Positions 39,141 through 50,000 of a stretch of 64,000 nt of DNA are shown piece after piece. Source of the DNA: Nitrosopumilus sp. GTDB taxonomy: Archaea > Thermoproteota > Nitrososphaeria > Nitrososphaerales > Nitrosopumilaceae. The stretch lies in the NCBI GenBank assembly GCA_965205215.1, contig OZ242041.1:1184001-1248000 (forward strand), given 5' to 3'. The notes beneath the pieces were generated by a model. It ran no database searches. It was not told the DNA's origin and saw only the letters and a program-made list of their open reading frames with translations. A program made the translations under genes and the position numbers. Numbering within the stretch: the first letter of the stretch is position 1; each line of letters begins with the position of its first letter.

Positions 39141-40733
39141 TCACGTCGCCGCGCCACCGCCACCGCCACCGCCACCGCCACCGCCACCGCCACCACTACC
39201 GCCACCACCCCGCACGTCCTGCAGCCCGCGCGCGACCCTGTCCGGCGCGCCCATGCCGCCGCTTGCCATGACGATCCGGAACATGTCCGCCATGTCTGCC
39301 GCCATCTTCCTGAACGCGTCCTGCACCTCCTGCGCCCCGCGGGAAACGGACTGATCGTCACTGCCGCCTCCCGGGAGCCCGTCCCGGCCAAACGCCGCCC
39401 CGTTTCCGGGCCGGGGGAGGACCGAAACCGAGTCCAGATATTTCTCAAAGCCGCTGAACACGTTGATCCTCCACGACGCCTTGGCGTACTCTGCGCGCAG
39501 CGTCTCTGGGTACAGCACGGCCTGCTTTTCGTACGAGTCGCGCGGGGCGTGCCCCAGCACGTGGTCTGCCGCGTACGGCGCGCACCCAGAGGCCAGCAGC
39601 GTGCTCTTCAGCAGGTCGCGCACCTCGTGCGAGCGCATCATGTACGTGTGCGGGGCGATCTTCTTCTGTATGCCGGCGTTGGCGGCCGCCGCGGAGAACT
39701 TTGAGGACACCCAGACGGGGCTGACCGGGGTGCCGCGCTGCGTTACGAACAGCGGCTCGTCCGCGCCGTGTTTTTTCCCGTATGTGGACTCCTTCCACGC
39801 CAGGCAGTCCCGCAGGTGGGTTACGGCGTCCCTGTCTATGAACGTGGTGTATGGCATGCCGGTCTTGACGCGGACCAGCCTGACCGGCACCGGGCACCGG
39901 TCCAGATCCCACGAGGAGCGGTCCTCCGTCCCAAAGTGCTTTACCATCTGCGGGTACGCCTCAAAGTTGAACCTGTCTGCCATGGTGCTCGAGTCAAGCC
40001 CCGCCTGGAACTTTGCCATCATCACGGCGCGCGCCGTGACGTCCATCCCGCCTGTCGTCATCACCTTGTAAAAGTCCATGAGGCTCATGCCGGAGTCGAT
40101 TGTAACGCCGCCATCGCCATCGCCGCCGCCGTTATGGCGCCTCCTGCCGATTTTTACGTCGACCGGCACGTCGTGCGCGGCAAAGTACGACTTTACGGCG
40201 GCGCACTTGAGCCTGGTCGTGTTTGCAGAGTAGCCTGCTCCGGCCAGCTCCGCCACGTACTGCCTGACTGCGCGGCGCGCGGCCTGCGCGCCGTTTGCCT
40301 CGCAAAATTTGAGCAGCTCCTCCACGTCTGAGAACGACCTGCCGCCTGCGCCCCCAGCCGGGAACTCGGCTCCGGGCAGCCACCTGTTGAACGCCCCGAG
40401 CTCTTCTGCGTACGTCTGCCTGGTGCCTCCCCTCTTCCTCCTCGCTCCGCCGACGTTCTTCAGCCTGGACGAGCCCAGCTGGCCAAGCCAGAACCTGGCG
40501 CTCTCTAGCTCCAGTATGCGGCAGCCGGGCTTTGCCTCCTGCAGTATGCCGCGGGAGCAGGCCCACTCGACGGCGCGCCCGGCCGCCCGGCCGCCCCCGG
40601 TCCCGGCCGCCACCCGGCCCGCCTCGACGTATCCGGCCGCCGGCAGCGATTCCAATATCGGTATGATGTCGCGTTCCGCCTCGTCCAGTTCCTTCCTGCC
40701 TGCGGTGCGCAGCACCTCGTAGTAGAGCACCAT
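39141..40733 (-). CDS. tyrosine recombinase/integrase, copy A
   Basis: SANT......AVKSYF core-binding region, RVKT, SHEVR (HxxR), LGH..Y; SD GGTGA upstream. Confidence 0.88.
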   Translation of the reverse strand: MVLYYEVLRTAGRKELDEAERDIIPILESLPAAGYVEAGRVAAGTGGGRAAGRAVEWACSRGILQEAKPGCRILELESARFWLGQLGSSRLKNVGGARRKRGGTRQTYAEELGAFNRWLPGAEFPAGGAGGRSFSDVEELLKFCEANGAQAARRAVRQYVAELAGAGYSANTTRLKCAAVKSYFAAHDVPVDVKIGRRRHNGGGDGDGGVTIDSGMSLMDFYKVMTTGGMDVTARAVMMAKFQAGLDSSTMADRFNFEAYPQMVKHFGTEDRSSWDLDRCPVPVRLVRVKTGMPYTTFIDRDAVTHLRDCLAWKESTYGKKHGADEPLFVTQRGTPVSPVWVSSKFSAAAANAGIQKKIAPHTYMMRSHEVRDLLKSTLLASGCAPYAADHVLGHAPRDSYEKQAVLYPETLRAEYAKASWRINVFSGFEKYLDSVSVLPRPGNGAAFGRDGLPGGGSDDQSVSRGAQEVQDAFRKMAADMADMFRIVMASGGMGAPDRVARGLQDVRGGGGSGGGGGGGGGGGGGGAAT

Positions 40734-41328
40734 GGTTTGTCACCTGACTTTAGTATGTGATGCTCCTTACAGACGCCGCGGATCCGCCGGAATCCCTCTT
40801 CCCCCCGATACGGACGGTGCCAAACGGCGGGCAGACGCAAATGAAAAGCATGGGATACCTAGCGCTTTTGCTCTATTAACCCTGTTTCCCAATCCTGCTT
40901 TTCCCGCCAAGATCGCGAAGAGTTGGGAACGCGGCGCGCCCGGGCGGCAAGGCCTGCTGATCGTATGGCGTCTGACGCCAGTGACATTCAAGGGGCGGGA
41001 GGAAGGGCGGCAGGGCGCGGGATCACTGCGGGCGCGCGTTCACGGGCCGCGCGCCGGTGGCGCACCGCGGTACGAGTCGCGTGCATGGTGGATGCGGGCC
41101 GCGCGCCATCGGGAGGCGGCAGGCACCACGGGGGGTACGGGAGGCGGCAGGCACCACGGGGGCGGGCGCAAGGGTGGGCCTCCCCGCGCCGTCACCTCCC
41201 CGCGCCCCGCCGAACACGCGCGCCGCCCCGTCTGGCACGTCCAGATCCCTGCCTGCCGGGAAGATCTGGAAGATGCGCATAGTGTTCTCCATCATCCTCT
41301 CGAACATGGCCCGCATGTCCTGCTGGCA

Positions 41329-42786
41329 TTACTGCTGCTCGTGGTGGTGGTGGTGATGGTGGTGTTGATGGTGGTGTTGATGGTGGTGTTGCAGCTGCTG
41401 CGCCCCCTGCGCCGCCCCGTCCGGCCCCCTGCGCCGCCCCGTCCGGCCCCCGCCCCCGCGCCCCCCGGGCCGGAACGCCTCCGAGTCCAGATACCTCTCA
41501 ATGCTGCTGAACACGTTGATCCTCCACGACGCCTTGGCGTACTCTGCGCGCAGCGTCTCGGGGTACAGCTCGGACTGCTTCTCGTACGAGTCGCGCGGGG
41601 AGTGGCCCAGCACGTGGTCTGCCGCGTACGGCGCGCACCCCGAGGCCAGCAGCGTGCTCTTCAGCAGGTCGCGCACCTCGTGCGAGCGCATCCTGTAGGT
41701 GTGCGGGGAGGCCCTCCTCTGTATGCCGGCGCTTGCCGCGGCCCTGGAGAACCTTTCGGATATCCAGCCCGGCCCGACCGGAGCCCCCCGCCGGGTGACA
41801 AACAGCGGCCCTGCCCCGTCGTGCCTCTTCCCCCCGCGCGCGTGCTCACTCGACGCCAGGTAGTCCCGCAGGAGGGACACCGCGTCCCTGTCTATGAACG
41901 TGGTGTACCGCATGCCCGTCTTGACGCGGACCAGCTTGATGGGGACGGGGCACCGGTCCAGGTCCCACGCGGAGCGGTCCTCCGTCCCAAAGTGCTTTAC
42001 TATCTGGGGGTACGCCTCGAAGTTGAACCTGTCTGCCATGGTGCTGGCGTCCAGCCCGGCCTGGAACTTTGCCATCATCACGGCGCGCGCCGTGACGTCC
42101 ATCCTCCCGGACACCATCACCTTGTAAAAGTCCATGAGGCTCATCCCGGGGTCGGCTGCGGCGCCGCGGCCGCCGCCGTTGTCGCCGCCGCGGCGCCTCC
42201 TGCCGACCTTCACGTCGACCCTCACGTCGTGCGCGGCAAAGTACGACTTTACGGCGGCGCACCTGAGCATGGTCGTGTTCGCGGAATAGCCGGATCCTGC
42301 CAGCTCCGCCACGTACCGCCTGACTGCGCGGCGCGCGGCCTGCGCGCCGTTTGCCTCGCAGAATTTCAACAGTTCCTCCACGTCCGAGAACGCTGCACCC
42401 GCCTCGCCCCCCGCCGGGAGCCTGGCATCCGGCAGCCACCTGTTGAACGCCTCGAGCTCCTCCGCGTACGTCTGCCTGGTGCCACCCCTCCTCCTCCTTG
42501 CGCCGCCGGTGTTCTTCAGCCTGGACGTGCCCAGCTGGCCCAGCCAGAACCTGACGCTCTCCAGCTCCAGCACGCGGCAGTCCGGATTTGCCCCTTGGAT
42601 TATCCCGCGGGAGCAGGCCCATTTTATGGCGCGCTCCACGGCGCGCCGGTCCCCGCCCCCGGCCGCCAGCCGGCCCGCCTCGACGTATCCGGCCGCCGGC
42701 AGCAGTTCCAATATTGGCGCGATGTCGCGCCCCGCCTCTTCCAGTTCCTTGCTGTCTGCGGGGCGCAGCACCTCGTAGTAAGGCAC
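41329..42786 (-). CDS. tyrosine recombinase/integrase, copy B
   Basis: Close paralogue of copy A with the same motifs; GTG start; His/Gln tail. Confidence 0.88.
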   Translation of the reverse strand: MPYYEVLRPADSKELEEAGRDIAPILELLPAAGYVEAGRLAAGGGDRRAVERAIKWACSRGIIQGANPDCRVLELESVRFWLGQLGTSRLKNTGGARRRRGGTRQTYAEELEAFNRWLPDARLPAGGEAGAAFSDVEELLKFCEANGAQAARRAVRRYVAELAGSGYSANTTMLRCAAVKSYFAAHDVRVDVKVGRRRRGGDNGGGRGAAADPGMSLMDFYKVMVSGRMDVTARAVMMAKFQAGLDASTMADRFNFEAYPQIVKHFGTEDRSAWDLDRCPVPIKLVRVKTGMRYTTFIDRDAVSLLRDYLASSEHARGGKRHDGAGPLFVTRRGAPVGPGWISERFSRAAASAGIQRRASPHTYRMRSHEVRDLLKSTLLASGCAPYAADHVLGHSPRDSYEKQSELYPETLRAEYAKASWRINVFSSIERYLDSEAFRPGGRGGGGRTGRRRGPDGAAQGAQQLQHHHQHHHQHHHHHHHHEQQ

Positions 42787-43647
42787 CGTGTTCAGTCACC
42801 CTTTCTTTAGTATGTGGTGCCCCCTGCGGGCGCCGCGGATCGGCCGGAATCCTCCACCCACCCGAAGTGGACTGTGCCGAGCGGCGGGGGGACGCGCATG
42901 AGAAGCATGAGATAATTAGCGCTCCTGCCCTATTAACCCTGTTTCCAAATCCGGCGCCCCGCCCTTCCCCGCAGTCGCGCCGCCGCCTCCGCCGCCTGTG
43001 CGCCCCTTGCGCGCTGCGGCGGCCCCCGCGTACCGGACGCCGCCCCCCCCGACCCGTGCGGCGGCCGCCAGCCGGGATCCGCGCGTGCCCGCCGCGGGCC
43101 TGCCGATCTCCTCCGCGGCAGCGCTCCTCCGCGGCACGGCGCAGCAGGCGCCTTCGCCGGCCGGCATCCCCGCCGCCGGCGCGTCAGGGCTTCGCCGGCC
43201 GTCGGACGCCGGCCCCGGCCCCGCGCCCCCCGATGCCGCAGCCGGTCTGCGCAGGCAGCCCGCGCCGCCCCCCGGCGCGGGCGCCAGAAGCGGCGCGGGC
43301 GCCGTCAGGGCCCCCGGCCGCCATGTGTGGCGCGCGCCGGGGGCCGAGGCGCGGGGGCGAGATCGGACGGCCGCCAAAGCCGGGCGGCGACGGCCGCGAC
43401 GGCGGGTTCTCACGGCCGGTGTATGCAGGATGGCATTATGGCGGCGGCCTCCAGACCGCTCCCCCCCCCGGTCCGGAATGGGGCGGCGCCGGCATCTGGC
43501 CCGATAGGCATTTAGCCAGATCTGGCCAAGGGGATCGCGGGTTGCTACCCATTCTGCAATCCCCGGCCGCCACCTATCCCTTTGACGTGTGGGTGGCGGC
43601 CGTGCCCGGCTTCCGAACCCGCGACAGGGCCAAATTTTACACTATTT

Positions 43648-43675
43648 TGCCGGCATAAGGATCATTATACCGCAT
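43648..43675 (+). other. dif-like recombination site, left (IRL): TGCCGGCATAA-GGATCA-TTATACCGCAT
   Basis: 11-6-11 imperfect palindrome with TAA-N6-TTA core. Confidence 0.8.
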
Positions 43676-43700
43676 AGTTACAGGGTCACGTCCCACAAGG

Positions 43701-43716
43701 CTTATTTAAGATTTTC
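43701..43716 (-). promoter_or_regulatory. BRE-TATA promoter inside the putative invertible segment, currently pointing left
   Basis: Minus strand GAAAAT-CTTAAATAAG; TTAAAT boxes also precede thiC, aroE, the AIM24 gene and the SDR gene. Confidence 0.7.
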
Positions 43717-43795
43717 AATGGCGGATTTTTCCCGCGCGTTATGCCGGCAAGTTTTCCGGCATAACGATCCGAATATTTGCAAAAATGCCGAAAAC

Positions 43796-43823
43796 TTCCG
43801 GCATAATGATCCTTATGCAGGCA
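43796..43823 (-). other. dif-like recombination site, right (IRR): TTCCGGCATAA-TGATCC-TTATGCAGGCA
   Basis: Reverse complement matches IRL at 24/28 with identical spacer GGATCA. Confidence 0.8.
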
Positions 43824-44007
43824 ATGTACGGCGCACAAGGCGTCTAGACGTGGGGGAGGGGACGCCCTGTGCGCCGCGGATCCCGCACTGCGGGACGCCC
43901 GGGTTCCAGACGGCCGCCCCTTCGGGGGCCGCAGGCGCCGCGCCCGCGGCGGCCTCCCCGGGGGGGGGGGGCGGCGTCCGGCCCCTGGATCGGTAGGTGC
44001 GCCTGAT

Positions 44008-47000
44008 ATGGGTAGGCGGCGGTTCGCGCAAACCCTGTGCCTTGCGGCCATACTTGCATTGGCGGCCGCGGCCCTCGCGGCGCCGGAGGGGCTCGCGGAG
44101 CCCGCCCTTGCGCAGGCCCTGCTTGACAACCCCGTGGCCGCCGGCAGTATTGCGGACACCGGCGATATCCTGCTTCGCGAAGCAACAAAAATTACCACCT
44201 TCGAGGTGGACGGCACCGTCTACGCGATAGTCACCATAACGTCAGAGACCTCGCATGCCGGCATCCAGATACTCAACCTCTCAAATCCCGCCGCCCCGAC
44301 CGCGGCAGGCAACCTGTCAGACACCGCGGACCTCCTGCTTACTTTCTCGCATGACGCGGCCGTCTTTACGGTCTCCGGCAACACGTACGCCGCAGTGACC
44401 TCGCCCGGAGACGGCGGCGTCCAGATGCTCCAGCTGGCAGACTCCGGCGGGCTGCTTGCAAACCCGACGGCCGCCGGAAATATTGAAGACGGCGGCGGGC
44501 GCCTGCTCGGCAACGCGAAAGACATATCCCTCTTTGAGGTCTCCGGCGCCACGTACGCGGCAGTGGCCGGAGGCGCCCGTTTCGGAGACAACGGCGTCCA
44601 GATGCTAAAGCTTACGAGTGACACGGGGACCCTGCTTGCAAACCCCAGGGACGCCGGAAAGATTGCAGACAACAACTCCCTCCTGCTTGAAGGCGCCGAC
44701 GGCATCGCCACCTTTGAGGTCTCCGACGCCATATACGCCGCGGTCGCCGCAGGCCGCGACGACGGCGTCCAGATGCTAAAGCTTACAAACGACGCGGGGA
44801 CCGCCCTGCTTTCAAGCCCCGAGGACGCCGGAAAGATTGCAGACGGCGGCTCCCTCCTGCTTGACGGCGCCGATGGCATCGCCACCTTTGAGGTCTCCGG
44901 CGCCATATACGCCGCGGTCGCCGCAAGTGGCGACAACGGCGTCCAGATGCTAAAGCTTACAAACGACGCGGGGACCGCCCTGCTTGCAAACCCCACGGAC
45001 GCCGGAAACATTGAAGACGGCGGCTCCCTCCTGCTCGACAACCCTGATGACATCACCATCCTCACGGCGTCCGGCACCATATACGCCGCGGTCACCGCAA
45101 GTGGCGACAACGGCGTCCAGATGCTAAAGCTTGCAAACTCCAGCGGGCTGCTTGCAAACCCGGAGGACGCGGGAAAGATTGAAGACGACGGCGATACCCT
45201 GCTTGAAAGTCCGACCGGAATCGCAACATTCGAGGATTCCGGAACAACGTACGCCGCGGTCGCCGCACTCTTCGAAGACGGCGTCCAGATACTGCAGCTC
45301 ACCGCCGCCGGCACCCCCGCCGACAACACCGCGCCGACTGTGGACGCGGGGGCGGCCCAGACCGTAAGCGAGGGCGATATGGTGACGCTGACGGGCACCG
45401 CCACGGACCCCGACGATAGCGACGTTCTGACGTACGCGTGGACGGTGAGCCCCGCAACCCCCGCCATTACCATAAACGACGACGACGCCCTCTCGACCAC
45501 GTTCACGGCCCCCGAGGTCACAACGGACACCGACTTTGTATTCACGCTTACCGTAAACGACGGCACCGTGGACGTATCGGACACCGTTACGGTCACCGTA
45601 AGCAACGTGAACCGCGCGCCCATAGCGGACGCCGGGGGCGACCTCATAGTCGCGCAGGGCGTCACCGTAATGCTTGACGGCACCGGCTCGTACGATCCGG
45701 ACGGCGGCGTCCTCGACTACACCTGGCTCTCGATCGGGAATGTCGTCACGCTCACGGGCGGCAACACCGCGACCCCGACGTTCACGGCCCCCTCCTCTAC
45801 TGCAACATTCATCATCGCCCTTGTCGTCAACGACGGGGAACACAATGACCGGGACGAAATCACGGTAACCGTCCCCGCGCTGCCGGTATCGGACGCCGGC
45901 TCGGACGTCCCCGCGCTTGCAGGCGACACCGTTGCGCTCAACGGCACCGGCTCGACGGGCACCGCCCTCACGTACTTTTGGAACCAGACGGCCGGCCCCG
46001 ACGTAACGCTCGACTTTATAGACGTCCGGCCGGTGGGCTGGATTGGGGACACCGAGCCTGACGGGCTCCTGCTCCACAATCCGCTCGGCGTCGCGGCATT
46101 CGAGCACGGCGGAACGCCGTATGTGGTCGCGGCCGCAAACGTCGACAACGCCGTCCAGGTAATCGACATGTCCGACCCCGCAAGCCCGGCGGCCGTAGGC
46201 AACCTTACTGACGGCGACAGCCGCGAGCTCAGCGGCCCCCGCGGCATCGACATATTCGAGCACGGCGGCACCATATACGCCGCGGTCACCGCCGAACGTG
46301 ACGACGGCGTCGAGATAGTCAGTTTGGCCGACCCCGCAAACCCGGCGGGGGTGGGCCGCCTCACCAACGATAACAACCGCGAGCTCAACGGCCCCCGCGG
46401 CATCGACATATTCGAGCTCGGCGGCACCGCGTATGCGGCGGTGGCCGGGCGTGACGACGACGGCGTCCAGATAATCAGCCTGGCCGACCCCGCAAACCCG
46501 GCTGCGGCGGGCAAGATTGGCAGGGGCGCCAACGTCCAACTTGACAACCCCGAGGACGTCGCCGTATTCGGACACTCCGGCGCCACGTATGCGGCGGTCA
46601 CCGCGACCAACGACGACACCGTCCTGATACTGAAACTGACGGACGGCTCGGGGCAGCTGCTTGCAGACCCCGTAGTGGCAGGCCTGCTCGAAGACAACTC
46701 CACCCTGGCGTTAGAAGACCCCCGCAACATCGACATATTCGAGGCAGGCGGCACCGCGTACGCCGCGGTCGCCTCATCCTCAGACCACGGCGTCCAGATA
46801 ATCAGCCTGGCGGACCCCGCAAACCCGGCTGCGGCGGGCAAGATCGTAGCCTCTGACGGCTCTGGCCTTCATCTTGGGACTGCCTATGGCATCGACATAT
46901 TCGAGGTCAACGGGGCGCCGTACGCCGCGGTCACCGCACAGGCCGGTCTTGGTAACGTCGAGATAATCGATTTGTCCGACCCCGCAAACCCCGAGCGCGT

Positions 47001-50000
47001 GGGCGACTTTCACAGCAACGCCACCTTCCAATTACCCAATACGAACGGCGTCGCCGCCTTCGAGGTCGGCACCAAGACCTACGCGGCGGTCACCTCGGCC
47101 GATTTCGTCGACATTCCCCTCAACGGCATCCGGGTCCTCGAGCTGGCCGACCGCGCCGCCCCCAGATTCACGGCGCCCGCCGCCCCCGCCACCCTCGAGT
47201 TCGACCTCGCCGTAACGGACGCGGCGTCCCAGGCCGACACCGACTCCGTGACGGTCGCCGTCCGCGACCCGTTTGTCACCACCTGGAACACCACTGCCGC
47301 CAACCAGGCCATAAAGATCGACGTCGGCACCTCCACCGCCCCCTACGACGTCGACTGGGGCGACGGCTCCGCGCAGACGGGCGTCACGGGCGACCAGACC
47401 CACACGTATGGGGAGGCGGGCATCCACACGGTCTCCATCACCGGCGGCCTCGAGCAGTTCAGGCTCGGCGACACGGACAGGGCCAACAGGGAGCGCCTCG
47501 CCTCCATAGAGCAGTGGGGCGACGTCGGGTGGACCGGCATGCGGGACGCGTTCCGGGGGGCGTCGAACATGGCATACAACGCCGCCGACTCGCCGGACCT
47601 CTCCGGCGTCACCGACATGGGCGGCATGTTCCGCGAGGCCACCGCGTTCAACGGCGACATATCCGGCTGGGACACCTCCGGCATAACCGACATGTCCGAC
47701 GCGTTCAACGGCGCCCGCTCCTTCAACCGGACCCTCAGCGACTGGAACACCTCGTCCGTCACCGACATGGGCAACATGTTCAACGGCGCCCACGCGTTCA
47801 ACGGCGACATATCCGGCTGGGACACCTCCCGCGTCACCGACATGGGCGGCATGTTCAACGGCGCCATAGCATTCAACCGGGACATCAACACCGTGACCGA
47901 CACGGCCACCGGCGAAACCCGGTGGGACACCTCGTCCGTCACCGACATGGGCCGCATGTTCAGCGGCGCCGCCGCCTTCAACGGCAACGTATCAGCCTGG
48001 GACACCTCGTCCGTCACCGACATGAACCGCATGTTCTTCTCGGCCCAGGCGTTCGACCAGGACATCGGCGCGTGGGACGTCTCGGCCGCCACCGACATGG
48101 ACCGCATGCTCACCGGCGCCACCGCCTTCTCCCAGAACCTCGGAAAGTGGTACGTCACGCTGGACACGGACGCCCCCCGGGTGTCGGATACGGACAGGGT
48201 GGCGGGCACCATATCGGCCCAGAACTCCGTGCTTGACGGCCACTCCCCCTCGTACGCCGCCGCGGCGGAGGGCGACTCGGCAAAGTTCGAGGTGACGGCG
48301 GCCAAGGTCCTCAGGCTGAAGGACGGCCAGACGGTCACGCCGGACACGACGCTCGAGGTTACGGTAACGGTCAACGGCACGGGCGTCCTTGGGACGGGCA
48401 ACAGCGTGACGGTACCGGTCGCCGCCGCGGCCTCCGCAAACACCGCGCCTACCGTCAACGCGGGTACGGACCGGGCGGTGAACGAGCGCACCGTCGTGAC
48501 GCTGGCGGGCACCGCCACGGACCCCGATACGGGCGACAGCCTGACGTACGCGTGGACGGTGAGCCCCGCATCCCCCGCAATCACGATAACCAACAGCGAC
48601 GCGCTCAGCGCCAGCTTTACGGCCCCCGAGGTGACATCGGACACCGACTTTGTATTCACGCTTACGGTAAACGACGGGACCGTGGACGCAACGGACACCG
48701 TCACAATCACCGTAAGCAACGTCAACCGCGCGCCTACGGCGGACGCCGGGGCCGACCAGGCGGTCAACGAGAGGGAGGCCGTGACGTTTGATGGCAGGGG
48801 CTCGTCTGACCCGGACGGCGACGACCTCACGTATTCTTGGAGCCAGACTGCCGGCAGCCCCACCGCATCGCCCACGTCCACCGACGGCCCAATACTCGCG
48901 TTTGTCGCCCCCGAGGTGTCATCGGACGCCGTCCTCACCTTTACGCTTACCGTATCCGACGGCGGCTCCCTGTCAGGCACGGACACGGTCAACGTAACCA
49001 TAAGGAACGTCAACCTCCCGCCTACGGCGGATGCCGGCGCGGACCAGGCCGCAGACGAGAACACCGTCGTGACGCTTGACGGCTCCGGCTCGTCGGACCC
49101 CGACGGCGACCGCCTCTTGTATTCGTGGAAGCAGACTGCGGGCAGCCCCACCGTGTCGCTCTCAAGCAACACCGCGCAGAGCCCCACGTTCACGGCCCCG
49201 GCGGTCAACGCCGAGACGGCCCTCACCTTCAGGCTTGCCGTAAGCGACGGGACGGCGGACGTCGACACCGACACCGTCGTGGTAACGGTGCGGGACGTGT
49301 CCGACCTGACGGTAAGCGCGGGCGCGGACCGGGATGTAGACGAGGGTGACACGGTCACGCTGGCCGCGACGGTATCAAACGCCACGCTGCGGGTCACCTT
49401 TGAGTGGACCACAGATTCGAGCATCGCCATATCGGACGACGACACCAGGAGCGCCTCGTTTACGGCGCCAATGGTCGACTCGGACACCGACTATACCTTT
49501 ACCGTCACGGCCACCGACGGCAACAAGACGGCGACCGACTCCGTTGTCATAACCGTGCTAGACGTCCCCCTGGCGGTCGACGCGGGTGAGGACCGGACCG
49601 CAGACGAGGGCTCTACGGTGGACCTTGCGGGGACGGTGGAGGGCGCCTCCCTGCAGGTTTCCTTTGCGTGGACCACAGATTCGGGCATTGCACTGTCGGG
49701 CAGCGGCACCCGGAGCGCCTCGTTCACCGCCCCCATGGTCGACGCCGACACGCAGTACACCTTTACGCTCACGGCCACCGACGGCGCCGAGACCGCGTCC
49801 GATACCGTCACGATAACCGTCGCCGACTCGCTGCCGCTCGAGGCGGACGCGGGGAGAGACCGCACCGTCCGCGGGGGCGACTCCGTCACCCTTACGGGGA
49901 CCGTGCGCAACGCCGCGTCCTCCAGCCCCACATACTCGTGGACCCAGACGGCGGGCACCCCCGCAGTATCCCTGAGCGGCAGCTCCACCCCCGCCGCCAC

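Noticed and set aside
42916-43640. ORFs in the very GC-rich gap between recombinase B and the switch
   Set aside because: Arg/Pro/Ala-rich in all frames with no recognisable domain; a degenerate gene cannot be excluded but is unsupported.
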